DNA of 64,000 nucleotides from a virus (IMGVR_UViG_3300032237_000561:1-64000); one strand, 5' to 3'; shown: positions 52,201 to 61,601, counted from the first letter of the stretch. The notes: generated from the sequence alone by a model not told the origin. Numbers and translations: made by a program.

Positions 52201-53339
52201 CCGGTCAGGCAGGGATCAAACTCAGGCAATGGACGAACTTCTCCCCCGGAGCGCAGTTTCGAATCGGGGCGGTCTTCTACCGCCCCCGGAGCACCGGGAA
52301 CAACATCATCCTCCGGCTCAAGCGTGATGATGGCACCACGGTGATCGAGGAGACCCTCGGCACCTCCCGTTCGGTGATCACCACCAATGTCAATATCCGC
52401 ACACCGGGTTCCGCCGTCGGTGATACCGCCTCGGCGAGTAACAACCTGATCTATCTGTCTGGCCAGACCAAGTCCTCCGAAAACGGACTGTATCGGTTCA
52501 AGGGGGACACCACGCCCCTGGAATGGGTGCCGGACTACGTGCCCTCGGGGCGGTGGTTCGAGGCGGTCACCTCTTTCGCCGAAATCCCCGAGACCCTGGC
52601 CAATTCCAGCTTCGACAACAACCTCATCGGCTGGATTCCTGCGGGCGGCACCTGGACGGCGGTCAGCGACAAGGGCTACACCGGACTGAAGTCGGCCAAG
52701 CTCACCACCAACTCCACCCTGTCCACCCTGACCTCGGAGGGCATCGAGTGTGTCCTGGGGAGCACCGTGAAAGCCTCGGCCTGGGTGAACTGGTCGGGCC
52801 TGACGGCCACCGGGGGCGGCATCACGCTCCGGGCATTGTTCTACAACAGCGACGACGAACTCGTCCTCAACGAGGGGGCCGGGGAGGTGTTTTTCCCGTC
52901 CTCTGCGGCAAGCGAGGGCTGGGTACCGCTGTCCGGGGCGGTGATCGTCCCGACCGGCCTGGGGATCACTCAGGTGGCCTTCCAGGTGGCCGTAGACGGC
53001 GATCTGGGGGCCGGTGGTTCGGTGTGGGTCGATGACTTCACTACCGACGTTCCCGGTGCCCCACGACAGCAGTACGTCGTCGAGCTGACCATCGAAGGAG
53101 ACGAGGAGGAGGAGCTGTATGTCTCGGAGCTGTACACCGAGACCACCCCTATCCGCTACTTCGTCCGGCTGGGTCCGCCGGGGACCACCCCCATCGAGGT
53201 GACCGACCTCCGGTACACCAAGGCCCAGGCCATCGTGACGGCTACCGAGCCGGTCAACCAGATGCAGGTGCAGGCGGTCATCACCAGCGACAGCTCGTAT
53301 GCCTTCGGATGCACGATCACCCCCAACTACCTGAAGTAG
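49269..53339 (+). CDS. Large baseplate/tail protein with carbohydrate-binding-like domains
   Basis: 1356 aa, beta-rich; LANSSFDN...W..DDF jelly-roll module; position in the baseplate block. Confidence 0.7.
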   Translation: MANNTSFYYDFNHSLPLVQMILKLLGKSDDPNQAQMTADTNREWFSQPRPGKSPETECVTVAFRIPLSVSEISTEVLRMPCNAELWYQDRSNNWRPILDMQRFPLKARINRSDTKSWFKWSNKCYPIVAKKVQVRLTRYYDAVLDTTEFPVGLRNTLIRRNVYDRSQGGFFEDEMDVMGNVVSKYVRDWDATKAVDDNYTSFWKSAPQPDPSAVVSLYLDVRAEDGSPQVIDKVYIDPVYANQHLNLYYSSDSAIGTRSLSPITLPPAVGTEAEPTVLNAEWRYGRGLTDTATGVGDSYYTWPLNVGPQNNKDAWIGVEWRPNFSTAPDPNLAHNPILFAAGEPTSTTAKPCLSYDPANRTFALDFFGKDVEGNVFAVGDSYVTSEISQEWEAGDSIKIVAGWRTVSKIWSVWIKVVDARGRTIASLDQQDIDLPDLVSFDGTAKVADFRGSLANLVIKIESHTDSSESFLANPEIYCEPDPVLPNDSGKYPATTLDNAIYVAPWLGREHGSGGSSPSHFEDKTWTPIWRDYIAIKGMLHLPQPISMQYLKLEFTNLTEQPYPIYESGIDVKYKIFPVSVTQTSSLGPRLYTGEGGFLGLGTFVSANGVKSVNWLDPNSVMQAIGAVTTIQTPPVVINTGNPYLSDTLPNQGVAEVENSRRIEAASSYVYSRDVIQPYVMAQDRYNTIIRAEGLQAIQPYVDVPWTEIEAANPNTITKVKSTGTMPIRGTDWWIYPGQQLKVPASVMRKLTDTQTVTERKFTLERRVRFNTTSVHRYEWRTVKRDAAIAYFAGLREVQPYTSTYISGEDTPVYKFPSYTDQHWVLTNAKRFSEEVTDSDGTHKVDYSPITAALPAVFGVISSKELISQSDFSKVALDFQDSGLAKSNPMWVDIDENTASIDDTELSPYFGVIPENISKSSWNDAIAAWGVPNSTSGLSVDPKFDTEWGAPYGLVSINVDNDRRYLGKRVIHFTRAAGAGQAGIKLRQWTNFSPGAQFRIGAVFYRPRSTGNNIILRLKRDDGTTVIEETLGTSRSVITTNVNIRTPGSAVGDTASASNNLIYLSGQTKSSENGLYRFKGDTTPLEWVPDYVPSGRWFEAVTSFAEIPETLANSSFDNNLIGWIPAGGTWTAVSDKGYTGLKSAKLTTNSTLSTLTSEGIECVLGSTVKASAWVNWSGLTATGGGITLRALFYNSDDELVLNEGAGEVFFPSSAASEGWVPLSGAVIVPTGLGITQVAFQVAVDGDLGAGGSVWVDDFTTDVPGAPRQQYVVELTIEGDEEEELYVSELYTETTPIRYFVRLGPPGTTPIEVTDLRYTKAQAIVTATEPVNQMQVQAVITSDSSYAFGCTITPNYLK

Positions 53340-53352
53340 AAAGAAGAAAAAC

Positions 53353-54582
53353 ATGACGATGTACGTCCGGGTTGTCACGCCGACGACGATCACGATCAGC
53401 GACCCCAATCAGATCGACGACGTTCTGCTCGACGGCAATCATCCGTATGCGATCCTGCCGCTGTGGGCCGCGCAGCGTCCCGAGTTTCAAGAGCTGTGGG
53501 CCGACGAGCGGGTCGAGGTCGCCACCGACCCCGCGTTCAACAACCTCATCACTGAGATTCCGGCCAGCGAGTTGCCCGGCACCGGCGGCTCGATTCCCAC
53601 CTCGCTCCATGTCGAGGAAATCGTAGACGTAGATGGCCACACGGTGCTGCGTCTGGCCGACGGCACCGCAACCCCCGGCACCGCGTCTAACTACCTCGTC
53701 GTCACCAACGCCAACGTCGGCGACGCGCCGTCCATCGCGGTCGAGGCGACCGTCGATACCAACGTCGACCTGGAGGTGTCCTCGCTGGGCACCGGCAAGT
53801 TCTTTGCCAAGAACAGCGGCGGGACCATGCTGGAGACCTGGGGCTACCCGAACGCCGTCCACCACCTGGCCATCGCCAACTCGGCGGCGGGCCAGCCCGT
53901 GGAGTTCGGTGTAATCGGCCAGCCCGGCGATGTCGACATCAACGCCTACCCGATGGGCACCGGCAGGTTTAACGTCAACCAGGCCCCGGTCATCACCGGC
54001 GTGCAGTCGCTAAACAACCAGGGCGCGCCGAGGTGGAGCTACAGCTCGCCGACCAACTCACTCGGTCAGTACGCCGTGCAGGAGAACTCGCTGGCGGTGG
54101 GGCTGCCCAACCCGGCGTGGGCGGCGGACATCGTCGCCAGTCCCGGCGACTACCTCATCAGCTTCAACGGGGGGCCGCAGGACGTGCCCATCTCCGGGAT
54201 CACCGGACCGGGCGCGGGGACCAACGTCTACACCCTGACCGGGACCTGGCCCGCGAACGCGACCGGCTTCCCGATCACCATCGCCGCCGCCGTGAGTCAG
54301 TCGTACACGCTGCAAGCCAGCGACGTGGGCAAGTTGATCGCCGTGAACAGTGGCGACACCTTCACCGTCAACATACCGCTGATGGCCGTGTCCGGTTTCC
54401 AGGTGGGTGCCCGGATCGAGTTGGCCCAGACCGGCACCGGTGGGGTGTATGTGTCCCTCGCGGACGAATCCATCAGCCTAATTTCTCACCAGGGTTGGAC
54501 GGCACTCAATGGCCGGGGGGCCACCGCGACCCTGACCCTGGTCGCCCAGAACACCTGGCTCCTGGCGGGGTCGCTGGACTAG
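53353..54582 (+). CDS. Tail fibre-like protein
   Basis: C-terminal SYTL.ASD.GK.I...F.VG.RI...Q.GTG.V...NTWLL.G.L fibre domain; last gene of the structural block. Confidence 0.65.
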   Translation: MTMYVRVVTPTTITISDPNQIDDVLLDGNHPYAILPLWAAQRPEFQELWADERVEVATDPAFNNLITEIPASELPGTGGSIPTSLHVEEIVDVDGHTVLRLADGTATPGTASNYLVVTNANVGDAPSIAVEATVDTNVDLEVSSLGTGKFFAKNSGGTMLETWGYPNAVHHLAIANSAAGQPVEFGVIGQPGDVDINAYPMGTGRFNVNQAPVITGVQSLNNQGAPRWSYSSPTNSLGQYAVQENSLAVGLPNPAWAADIVASPGDYLISFNGGPQDVPISGITGPGAGTNVYTLTGTWPANATGFPITIAAAVSQSYTLQASDVGKLIAVNSGDTFTVNIPLMAVSGFQVGARIELAQTGTGGVYVSLADESISLISHQGWTALNGRGATATLTLVAQNTWLLAGSLD

Positions 54583-54896
54583 TCCTGGTACCACATGCCG
54601 TTCGCGCGGACGTACCGGGCGATCCCGAGGGTGTCGTGCTGTGCGGCCTCGATGGCGCGGCGCGCGGCGCGGGTGAGGGCGGCAGCGGCCAAGCCGTTGC
54701 CTTTCATCTCCGAGTAGAGCTGCCAGCCCGACACGGTGGTCGGGATGGTCACCTCTTTGCCCTGGTAGGTGTCCTCGATGAGGTCGGCGAACACCCCACG
54801 CGGCTCGGTGTCCCAGGCCCCGAAGTGGGCGTAGCTTTCCTGGGCCTGCTCGAACTTCTTGACCGCGTCGGCGAAGCTCAGTGTGGTGGTGGTCAT
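54579..54896 (-). CDS. Hypothetical protein (105 aa)
   Basis: GAAAGAG RBS before MTTTTLSF; converges on the tail block. Confidence 0.7.
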   Translation of the reverse strand: MTTTTLSFADAVKKFEQAQESYAHFGAWDTEPRGVFADLIEDTYQGKEVTIPTTVSGWQLYSEMKGNGLAAAALTRAARRAIEAAQHDTLGIARYVRANGMWYQD

Positions 54897-54897
54897 G

Positions 54898-55323
54898 TCA
54901 GTTGCTCTCTTTCTTGTTGCCGGGGAAGTGCTCGCTGCGGCGCAGCAGGCCGACGACGTAGGACAGCACCTCACGGCGACCGTCGTTGTAGGCCCGCTTG
55001 CCGTCGTTGAGGCGGCTGCCGCCGGTGTCGTCGGGGTGCTGGGTGGCCAGACCGGCGACGGTGTCGTACTGGGCCAGCAGGGTCTCCTGCATGGTCCAGC
55101 CCTGCTCGACACCCCAGTGCACGATCTCGTAGAACTCCTTCTCCAGGTAGGCGAGCACGTCGGCCTGGCCCCGAAGGCGTTCGATGTTGATGGCCGCGTC
55201 GATGATGCGGCTAGACGGCCTCTCGGTGATCCGACCGACGGCATCGGTGATGATGTTGCGGATGTCTTCGGCCCGCTGGTTGCGGTAGAGCTTGAGCGGG
55301 AGGGTGATGGTGGTGGCGGTCAT
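54898..55323 (-). CDS. Hypothetical protein (141 aa)
   Basis: GAAAG..GG RBS; typical codon bias on the minus strand. Confidence 0.7.
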   Translation of the reverse strand: MTATTITLPLKLYRNQRAEDIRNIITDAVGRITERPSSRIIDAAINIERLRGQADVLAYLEKEFYEIVHWGVEQGWTMQETLLAQYDTVAGLATQHPDDTGGSRLNDGKRAYNDGRREVLSYVVGLLRRSEHFPGNKKESN

Positions 55324-55406
55324 GGTGCCTGCTTTCTTCTGTGGGTGGGCGGTGGTCATGTATTCAATTGTAGTTTCGGGGTCTGACAAAAATCAGACTT
55401 CACGGA

Positions 55407-55604
55407 TCACAGCTCTACAACGCGAGCCTGGCGCACCGGATTGAACAGGTTGTAATACTGGGCCTGCTTTTCGGCGGAATTACGAGTGGCGTACCGGCCA
55501 CGAGCGAGAAAGTATCCCTCGGTGAGAGTCTCCCCGCGCTGGACGGCGCGGTGCACCGACAATTTGTCCCGCCAAATTTCAACGGCGTAAGGGCGGGTGC
55601 TCAT
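55407..55604 (-). CDS. Hypothetical protein (65 aa)
   Basis: ATG abuts the stop of the upstream gene. Confidence 0.55.
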   Translation of the reverse strand: MSTRPYAVEIWRDKLSVHRAVQRGETLTEGYFLARGRYATRNSAEKQAQYYNLFNPVRQARVVEL

Positions 55605-55919
55605 CTAGGCCAGCACCTCGCGGCCCAGATCGGTGATCCGGTAGTCCGGCAGCAGCCGGGCGTTGAACAGATCGAACAGGCCCTCGGCGGTCGGCTCGAT
55701 GAGGCCCTTCTCCTTGAGGGCGAGAAGCACGTCGGCCAGGGCCAGGCCCTTGGGCTTGTTGCCCATGCCCTCCCAAGCCGTCCAGGTGGTGGCCGGGATC
55801 ACGCCGTTGTCGCTCCAGGCGAACGCGCCTAGGATGCGGTGCTGACGGGAGCCGAGCTTGACGGTGCCCCGGCTTGTCTCGTAGGTGGAAATTTTGCGGT
55901 TAGTGGTGGAATATGCCAT
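55605..55919 (-). CDS. Winged-helix-like hypothetical protein, probably leaderless
   Basis: L..KGLIE...YRITDLGREVL pattern; ATG lies 7 nt downstream of a -10 element. Confidence 0.65.
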   Translation of the reverse strand: MAYSTTNRKISTYETSRGTVKLGSRQHRILGAFAWSDNGVIPATTWTAWEGMGNKPKGLALADVLLALKEKGLIEPTAEGLFDLFNARLLPDYRITDLGREVLA

Positions 55920-55926
55920 ATCAGGA

Positions 55927-55955
55927 ACGATACATGAGCAACAGCTTGATTGCAA
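55927..55955 (-). promoter_or_regulatory. SigA-type promoter, leftward
   Basis: TTGCAA-N17-TATCGT on the minus strand. Confidence 0.65.
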
Positions 55956-55991
55956 ATCATGTGACAAAAAAACTTCTCTGCCTGGCTTATG

Positions 55992-56020
55992 TTGACATCA
56001 TGATGTAGTGAGAGTACCGT
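55992..56020 (+). promoter_or_regulatory. SigA-type promoter, rightward
   Basis: TTGACA-N17-TACCGT. Confidence 0.75.
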
Positions 56021-56057
56021 CAATACTGTCACCACCCACCGACCCAAGGAGCACCGC

Positions 56058-56558
56058 ATGACCCGCAGCTACGAGCGCGACGGCAAGCACTACGATTTCG
56101 CCGTCCTGACCCATCTGGTCGAGACCGGCGAGGCCACCTTCTACGAAGGCCCCTCCATCTACGTCATCAAGACCGAAGACGGCACGGTCGCGGTCCGCCC
56201 CCATCAGGTGATCTTTACCTCGACCCCGGCACCCTTCACCCTGACCCAGGTCGAGGAGATCGCCGCACCCTCACCGATGGACGGCTACTACGGCCAGGAA
56301 CGCTACGACGGCGAAGACATCGGCCCGCACGGCGTGGTCTTCCAGGGCGCGCAGGAGCTGGCCGTGAAGTTTCTGGGCGATAACCCGGACGGCATCGACC
56401 CCCTGGAGATCGTCCGCCGCATCCTCGACGACCAGACCGGCGAGTACACCCGGTTCCTGCAGAACGAGATCGACGGTACTGCGCCCCTCGCCCGCCGTAG
56501 CTCATCCTGGGTCTCGGCGGACGAGGAGGATGAAATCCTGAAGCACTTTGGTATCTGA
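56058..56558 (+). CDS. Hypothetical acidic protein
   Basis: AAGGAG RBS, downstream of the promoter. Confidence 0.75.
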   Translation: MTRSYERDGKHYDFAVLTHLVETGEATFYEGPSIYVIKTEDGTVAVRPHQVIFTSTPAPFTLTQVEEIAAPSPMDGYYGQERYDGEDIGPHGVVFQGAQELAVKFLGDNPDGIDPLEIVRRILDDQTGEYTRFLQNEIDGTAPLARRSSSWVSADEEDEILKHFGI

Positions 56559-56618
56559 GACCGTTTCATGCTACAGTGAGCATGTAGCATCCACACACTA
56601 TCGAAAGGAGCCATCCAC

Positions 56619-56810
56619 ATGGCGAAGAAGACAAACCCCGGCATCGTGATGGCCCCCGCCATGACCCAGGCCCAGCTGCAGAAGCTGCTCGGCCTGCGGA
56701 GCAGCTCTGCTGCCCTGCCCCAGGCCAGCAAGCGCGATCTACTGGGCCGTCGCAACGGCAAGATCGCCCGCCGGAACCGCGCCGAGTCCCTACGCCGGGA
56801 CTCCTGGTAA
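56619..56810 (+). CDS. Small basic hypothetical protein
   Basis: GAAAGGAG RBS; TGCTACAGT extended -10 upstream. Confidence 0.65.
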   Translation: MAKKTNPGIVMAPAMTQAQLQKLLGLRSSSAALPQASKRDLLGRRNGKIARRNRAESLRRDSW

Positions 56811-56849
56811 AACCAAAAAACTCCACCCACCCACTCAGGAGGAACCCTG

Positions 56850-57089
56850 ATGACGAAGTATCCCAGTAAGGAAGCCCGCGAGATCGTCAAGATGGCCCGC
56901 AAGCTCGGGTGGGCCTTCATCGGGTACACCGGCACCAATCATCTACTGCTGGTCCACGAGAACGGGAGCCGCTACGTCCTGGCCGCGACCCCCTCTAGTC
57001 ACCGGAACCGAGCGAACTCGATCTCCATGCTGGAGAAGCTGGCCGGGTGCAAGCTGCACCCTAAAGGCCGGATGAGACAGGTCAGCTGA
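56850..57089 (+). CDS. HicA-like (dsRBD-fold) protein
   Basis: REIVK.A..LGW.....G.NH....H..G....L..TPS pattern with the conserved His; AGGAGG RBS. Confidence 0.6.
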   Translation: MTKYPSKEAREIVKMARKLGWAFIGYTGTNHLLLVHENGSRYVLAATPSSHRNRANSISMLEKLAGCKLHPKGRMRQVS

Positions 57090-57417
57090 ATTTCTCCAGG
57101 GAATTGACGAAACTCGACCATACGACCTCGTCGTGGCCGTTCTCTCCCGGCGGTCGCGGTCTCCCGGCCTTCATCCAAGCACGATGAGCCTGGTATCCGC
57201 CCGGAATAGTTTTCGTCCAGGGTCGGCGGAAGTATTCGGCCTCGTTGCCTTCATGCAGGATGCCGATGGCCCGCAGAATCATCGCCCACCGCTCCACACC
57301 GCGCTTGACGCGGCGTTCGGATTCGGAGCCGGGTTCAATGGGCACGGCACCGATCCTATACCACACCGCCCAAGAATCGTTACCCGAAATTTCACTGGGT
57401 AGTGACGACGAACACAT
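57082..57417 (-). CDS. Hypothetical protein (start uncertain)
   Basis: Only plausible frame filling the gap; W-rich globular-looking sequence. Confidence 0.4.
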   Translation of the reverse strand: MCSSSLPSEISGNDSWAVWYRIGAVPIEPGSESERRVKRGVERWAMILRAIGILHEGNEAEYFRRPWTKTIPGGYQAHRAWMKAGRPRPPGENGHDEVVWSSFVNSLEKFS

Positions 57418-57465
57418 GGGAATAGGTGAGCGGCACCGTGCCGAACGGGATCGAGGTAATCGCCT

Positions 57466-57735
57466 GTGGCTTTGTCCGAGCATTACGAACGAGCCAATGA
57501 CAGCCTGGTCAAGCGCACCTGTAAGACCTGTGAGTGGTACAAGACCATGCCACCTCATGAGCAGGACTTCTTCGACGAGAAGGTCCGCGAAGCCCTCCTG
57601 ACGCGGGGGAACATGCAGCGTCTGCGTCGGGCCGTCCTTGCCGAAGGTCATGAGGTCGCCCGGTCGACCTTCCACGGCCATGTCCATGAACATCATCTGG
57701 AACTATCCGCTCAACGGCGGGAAGGAACCCTGTGA
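57466..57735 (+). CDS. Small Zn-binding/HTH-like protein
   Basis: CKTC...H...H ligands; GTGA-coupled to the phosphoesterase gene. Confidence 0.65.
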   Translation: MALSEHYERANDSLVKRTCKTCEWYKTMPPHEQDFFDEKVREALLTRGNMQRLRRAVLAEGHEVARSTFHGHVHEHHLELSAQRREGTL

Positions 57736-58907
57736 GCCTCGAAGATTCCTGGGACGAAGTCAACGGCACCGATGATCAACATTCCTGGCGGGCCGACTGG
57801 GCCGGTGACGAGGGCACCATCACCACCGGCGCGCTACCGGACGGATTCGACCCCCACGATTTTGACGAGGTCCTGAACCGGCTCGGCTACGCCCCCGGCG
57901 AGGTCCGCATGGAGCTGGTCTCGGCCAGCCGGTGGGAGCAGCGGACCGCCGTCCGGGGCGACGACGGACGTAAGACCGGCGAGATGACTTCGGTCTACCT
58001 CAACGCCTACAAGTACAAGGCCTTGAGAAACGCCTTCATGGTCAATCTCCCGGCTTTATACGCCGCCGTGAAGGCATCCCGGCCCAGTAAGTCCGAACCC
58101 AAGCTCACGGGCCGCTCAGCGGTCGTCTGCTGGGCTGATATCCAGGTGGGGAAGACCGATCACCTGGGGGGCCTGGAGGAGCTGCTTCAACGCCTGGAGG
58201 ATAAGCGGGTCGCACTCCAGGCGTGGCTCAAAGAGGAGAAGATCGACCATGTCGTGCTCTGCGATGTCGGCGACATCGTTGAGGGCTTCGAGAACGTGTC
58301 GTCCCAGACCCGGACCAACTGTTTGAGCCTGATGCAGCAGATCGACACCGCCGCCACCGAGTTCTGGCGCACCATCAAGGTCTGCGAGAAAGCCGGTCCG
58401 GTCGATGTGCTTTCCATCCCGTCCAACCATTGCCAGTGGCGCAAGGGCAAGGGACTGGTCGGTAAACCCGGCGACGACTGGGGGCTGCACATCTCTCAGC
58501 GTCTGGAGCAGCTCAACGAAGAAGCCGGACTTCGGGCAACCTTTCACCGCCCCGATACCGACTGGAACGAGGGGATGACCTTCAAAGTGGGCGGCGGCAT
58601 AATCGGCCTGGCTCACGGCCACCAGGCCAGCGGACCTAACGGAATCATCCCCTGGTGGATGAAACAGAAGCACCAGGGTCGGCTGTGCTGCGACGTTTTG
58701 GTCACCGGACATTTTCACTTCCCCAGCTTCCGGCCCTCCGGTCGCGACCCGGAGACCGGCAAGTCCAGTTACCACATCCAGGCATCTACTCTCGACAACG
58801 GTTCGTCCTGGGTGGCCAACAAGTTTGGTGAAGACGGGGACCCCGCTTTGACAGTTTTTGTGATGGACCAGGATGGTTTCGACGTTCGCAGTTTCGCGCT
58901 ACTTTAA
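57732..58907 (+). CDS. Calcineurin-like metallophosphoesterase (Mre11/SbcD-like)
   Basis: DIQVG, GDIVEG, SNH, AHGH and GHFH metal-binding motifs. Confidence 0.85.
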   Translation: MSLEDSWDEVNGTDDQHSWRADWAGDEGTITTGALPDGFDPHDFDEVLNRLGYAPGEVRMELVSASRWEQRTAVRGDDGRKTGEMTSVYLNAYKYKALRNAFMVNLPALYAAVKASRPSKSEPKLTGRSAVVCWADIQVGKTDHLGGLEELLQRLEDKRVALQAWLKEEKIDHVVLCDVGDIVEGFENVSSQTRTNCLSLMQQIDTAATEFWRTIKVCEKAGPVDVLSIPSNHCQWRKGKGLVGKPGDDWGLHISQRLEQLNEEAGLRATFHRPDTDWNEGMTFKVGGGIIGLAHGHQASGPNGIIPWWMKQKHQGRLCCDVLVTGHFHFPSFRPSGRDPETGKSSYHIQASTLDNGSSWVANKFGEDGDPALTVFVMDQDGFDVRSFALL

Positions 58908-58920
58908 AGGGGCTGGACAC

Positions 58921-59226
58921 ATGCAGGTGAGGGTCATCAAGTTCTTCGGTCGAGAAGTGCTGAGAATCGAAAACCATTACGAGGCAACGGTTTCCGATGT
59001 CATCAAGGCGATGATTGAGGCACGCGAGGCGACTGAAGAAATTCAGTACGTCTGCGAGTGTAGCTGTGGCGATGAGGAGGACGACGACGAGGAGGAGAGC
59101 GACGAAGAAGGCATTCGAGGCAGGTTCTCTGACATGACCGACCGGATTGTCTGGGATGCCCGAACCGACGACTACCCGCTCCCGTTTTCCAACCCCGATA
59201 ACGAAGAGGACGAGCCTAAACCATAA
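58921..59226 (+). CDS. Acidic hypothetical protein
   Basis: ATG 58921 with upstream AAGGGG; poly-D/E tract. Confidence 0.55.
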   Translation: MQVRVIKFFGREVLRIENHYEATVSDVIKAMIEAREATEEIQYVCECSCGDEEDDDEEESDEEGIRGRFSDMTDRIVWDARTDDYPLPFSNPDNEEDEPKP

Positions 59227-59719
59227 TTTCGGGTCGTCCCAAGTCGACAATATCGGTGAGTAAATGCAGCTTGACCTGGGGCAGCGCGTGAGTAGGTCCG
59301 TGACCAAGATCAGTAAGTGTTGACTTGTCTAACAGCTCCTGCGCTTCGGCATAGCCGACAAAATTAACAATGTTTTCCCGAACAATCGCCAAGATATAAA
59401 TGTCTGCCGGATTCTGCGCCTTCTTAGGGGTCGCGAGCAGACGACCATCTGTTCGGGTAGTCGCCTTGATGTCGATACGGATACCGTCAATCACCGAATC
59501 AATGCTTCCGCTACGGGGCTTGACTCCGAAATCTGGATAAGTGTTAGTGGCCTTGCCCCAGGCCATCTCGGCCACCATGCCGGTCATCTCAAGCTCAATG
59601 GCCTGATGGTTTTTGTCAAGCCTCCGGTCGATGACACTCAACGACTGGTTGATACAACGCCGCATAGTCGACATGAAATGAACAACACCCATTTCGCTGG
59701 GATTAAGTTCGACAATCAT
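59216..59719 (-). CDS. PD-(D/E)xK-like nuclease-fold protein, putative
   Basis: G..AE, D and IDIKAT motifs; TAATG coupling to the helicase; visibly lower GC. Confidence 0.55.
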   Translation of the reverse strand: MIVELNPSEMGVVHFMSTMRRCINQSLSVIDRRLDKNHQAIELEMTGMVAEMAWGKATNTYPDFGVKPRSGSIDSVIDGIRIDIKATTRTDGRLLATPKKAQNPADIYILAIVRENIVNFVGYAEAQELLDKSTLTDLGHGPTHALPQVKLHLLTDIVDLGRPEIMV

Positions 59720-61581
59720 TACGGTGCCTCTCCGAACAACAGCCATTCCAGGTTGTGGTTCTCATCGCGGGTGGAAAGGTCACCATAACTAAGTTCTTCT
59801 TGAGTTCCTTGCACCGCTGCGGCGAGTCGCCGACGATTTTCGCAGGTCTCCCACACCCGCTCCTCGACCGAGTCCTCGGTGATGAGGACGTAAGCCGTCA
59901 GGCCGTCCAGGTGGGAGTCGGCGCGGTCGATGCGGGCGTTGCGTTGGGCCAGGTCGTCATAGCTGTAGGTCGGGTCCACGTTGATCACGTAGCGGGCCTC
60001 TTGCAGGTTCAGGCCGTGGGTCCCGGCATCGCTGGAACAGAAGGCGGTGATGTTGGGGTCGGCTTTGAACCGGTCCTGGGCGCGCTGAGACTCTTTGGCC
60101 GACTGGCCGGTCCCGTAGTGCAGGACGTGCGGCACCGTGAGATGTCGGGCCAGCGGCAGCAGACCCAGCTCGGTCCAGTGGCAGAAGACCACCGCTTTGT
60201 CCTGGCCCTCCCGGATGTCGTCGAGGAGACCGTTAAGGACCTCGATCTTGGAGCTGTGCGCTGCATCGAGTAATTCAGGTCGCTCGGCGAGAAGCTCGGC
60301 GGCTTCAGGAGATGAGCTGTGCCGCAATGCTTCTGGGTTGATGCAGGCGATCCGGGCCATCAGATAGAAGGGGGACAGACCCTCACCGTTGCGGTGAGCG
60401 ATCCGGGCCTTGGCGGTGATGAGGTCGAGTAGCTCACGGGTGCCAGGTGTCGCCTGGACCGAAACCTCCAGTGTCTCAATGCCTTTAAACTGTTCCCGAA
60501 CTCCGGGGTCGGTCTTGCGGACCGCCATCGTCCGGTCCCCGACCCGGTGTCGGACCTCTTGGAGCTTGGTGAGGTTCCAGTCGTAGGTGGTGAAGGAGAA
60601 CTGCCCGCCGCTCTTGGTCCGTACCGGGACGCTGTTGACCCGGTCGGCGTAGCGGGAGATGAAGTCGGTCTTGGTCGACAGCGGGTTGCGGGCCGGGCGA
60701 CCGTCGAGGGAAAAGACATCCCTGAATCTCAGCGGATTGCCGCCGACGACGGTCGCCGACATCGGCCACACGGTGGCGGTACAGGCGGCGGTCAGCCGGT
60801 CCAGGGCCATCCTGGCCTTGTTCTGCCCGTTGTCGGTAATCAACTTGTGACCCTCGTCGAGGACCCACAAGACACGACGACCGAAGGTCAGGGCGGCGAT
60901 CTCCTCCTCGTCGTGCCACAACTTTTCGTAATTCATGACAAAAACCTGGTGCGGATCGTCATACCCCTTACGACGCTTGGCCTTGGTCCCGTCGTTGATC
61001 ACCGCATCCAGACCGGCGGGGTTGACGAAGGTCCGGCGCAGGTTTTCCTTGAGCTTGCTCAGGGTGCAGGCGATGACGAGGTCGATGTCGTCGGAGTCGA
61101 AGAGGGCCTTGGCGGCGGCACCGGAAGTGAAACTCTTTCCGGCACCGGCAGACCAATTCCAGAAGTACAGCCGGTCGGGGCTTTCGGTGCCCTGACGGGC
61201 ACGCTCCAGGGCACGATTGAGGGAGAAGGTCTGAAAGGGCCGGAGCGTGTATCCCTCGATCTCCAGGGGCTGTGACCAGCGTTCTATATCAGATTGGATA
61301 TGAGCGGTCGAGGGGGTCCAGAAGACGTGGTAGCCGTCCTGGCCCAGGAGGTCGGTGAATCGACGAGCGAGGTGAACCTCGTTGAGGATCAGGTGACGGG
61401 ACATCCAGTCCTCGTAGGAGCCGTAGAACAGTCCCCGAGCGGTCGCATCGAGCGGCTCAAAGCTCAGGTATCCGGGGTAGTCGGGGTGTTCCTCGACAAG
61501 GATGATCCGGGCCGGTGGGATGCCCGAGTCCAAAAGGTCGGCGACGCGCTTCTCCACGTCATCCAGGGTGGGTAACGACAT
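59719..61581 (-). CDS. SNF2-like superfamily 2 helicase/ATPase
   Basis: LRPFQ, AGAGKS (Walker A), VLDEGH, MSAT, GTHGLNLQ.A and QRNARIDR motifs. Confidence 0.9.
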   Translation of the reverse strand: MSLPTLDDVEKRVADLLDSGIPPARIILVEEHPDYPGYLSFEPLDATARGLFYGSYEDWMSRHLILNEVHLARRFTDLLGQDGYHVFWTPSTAHIQSDIERWSQPLEIEGYTLRPFQTFSLNRALERARQGTESPDRLYFWNWSAGAGKSFTSGAAAKALFDSDDIDLVIACTLSKLKENLRRTFVNPAGLDAVINDGTKAKRRKGYDDPHQVFVMNYEKLWHDEEEIAALTFGRRVLWVLDEGHKLITDNGQNKARMALDRLTAACTATVWPMSATVVGGNPLRFRDVFSLDGRPARNPLSTKTDFISRYADRVNSVPVRTKSGGQFSFTTYDWNLTKLQEVRHRVGDRTMAVRKTDPGVREQFKGIETLEVSVQATPGTRELLDLITAKARIAHRNGEGLSPFYLMARIACINPEALRHSSSPEAAELLAERPELLDAAHSSKIEVLNGLLDDIREGQDKAVVFCHWTELGLLPLARHLTVPHVLHYGTGQSAKESQRAQDRFKADPNITAFCSSDAGTHGLNLQEARYVINVDPTYSYDDLAQRNARIDRADSHLDGLTAYVLITEDSVEERVWETCENRRRLAAAVQGTQEELSYGDLSTRDENHNLEWLLFGEAP

Positions 61582-61601
61582 GATGTGTAGAGACTACAGG
61601 A

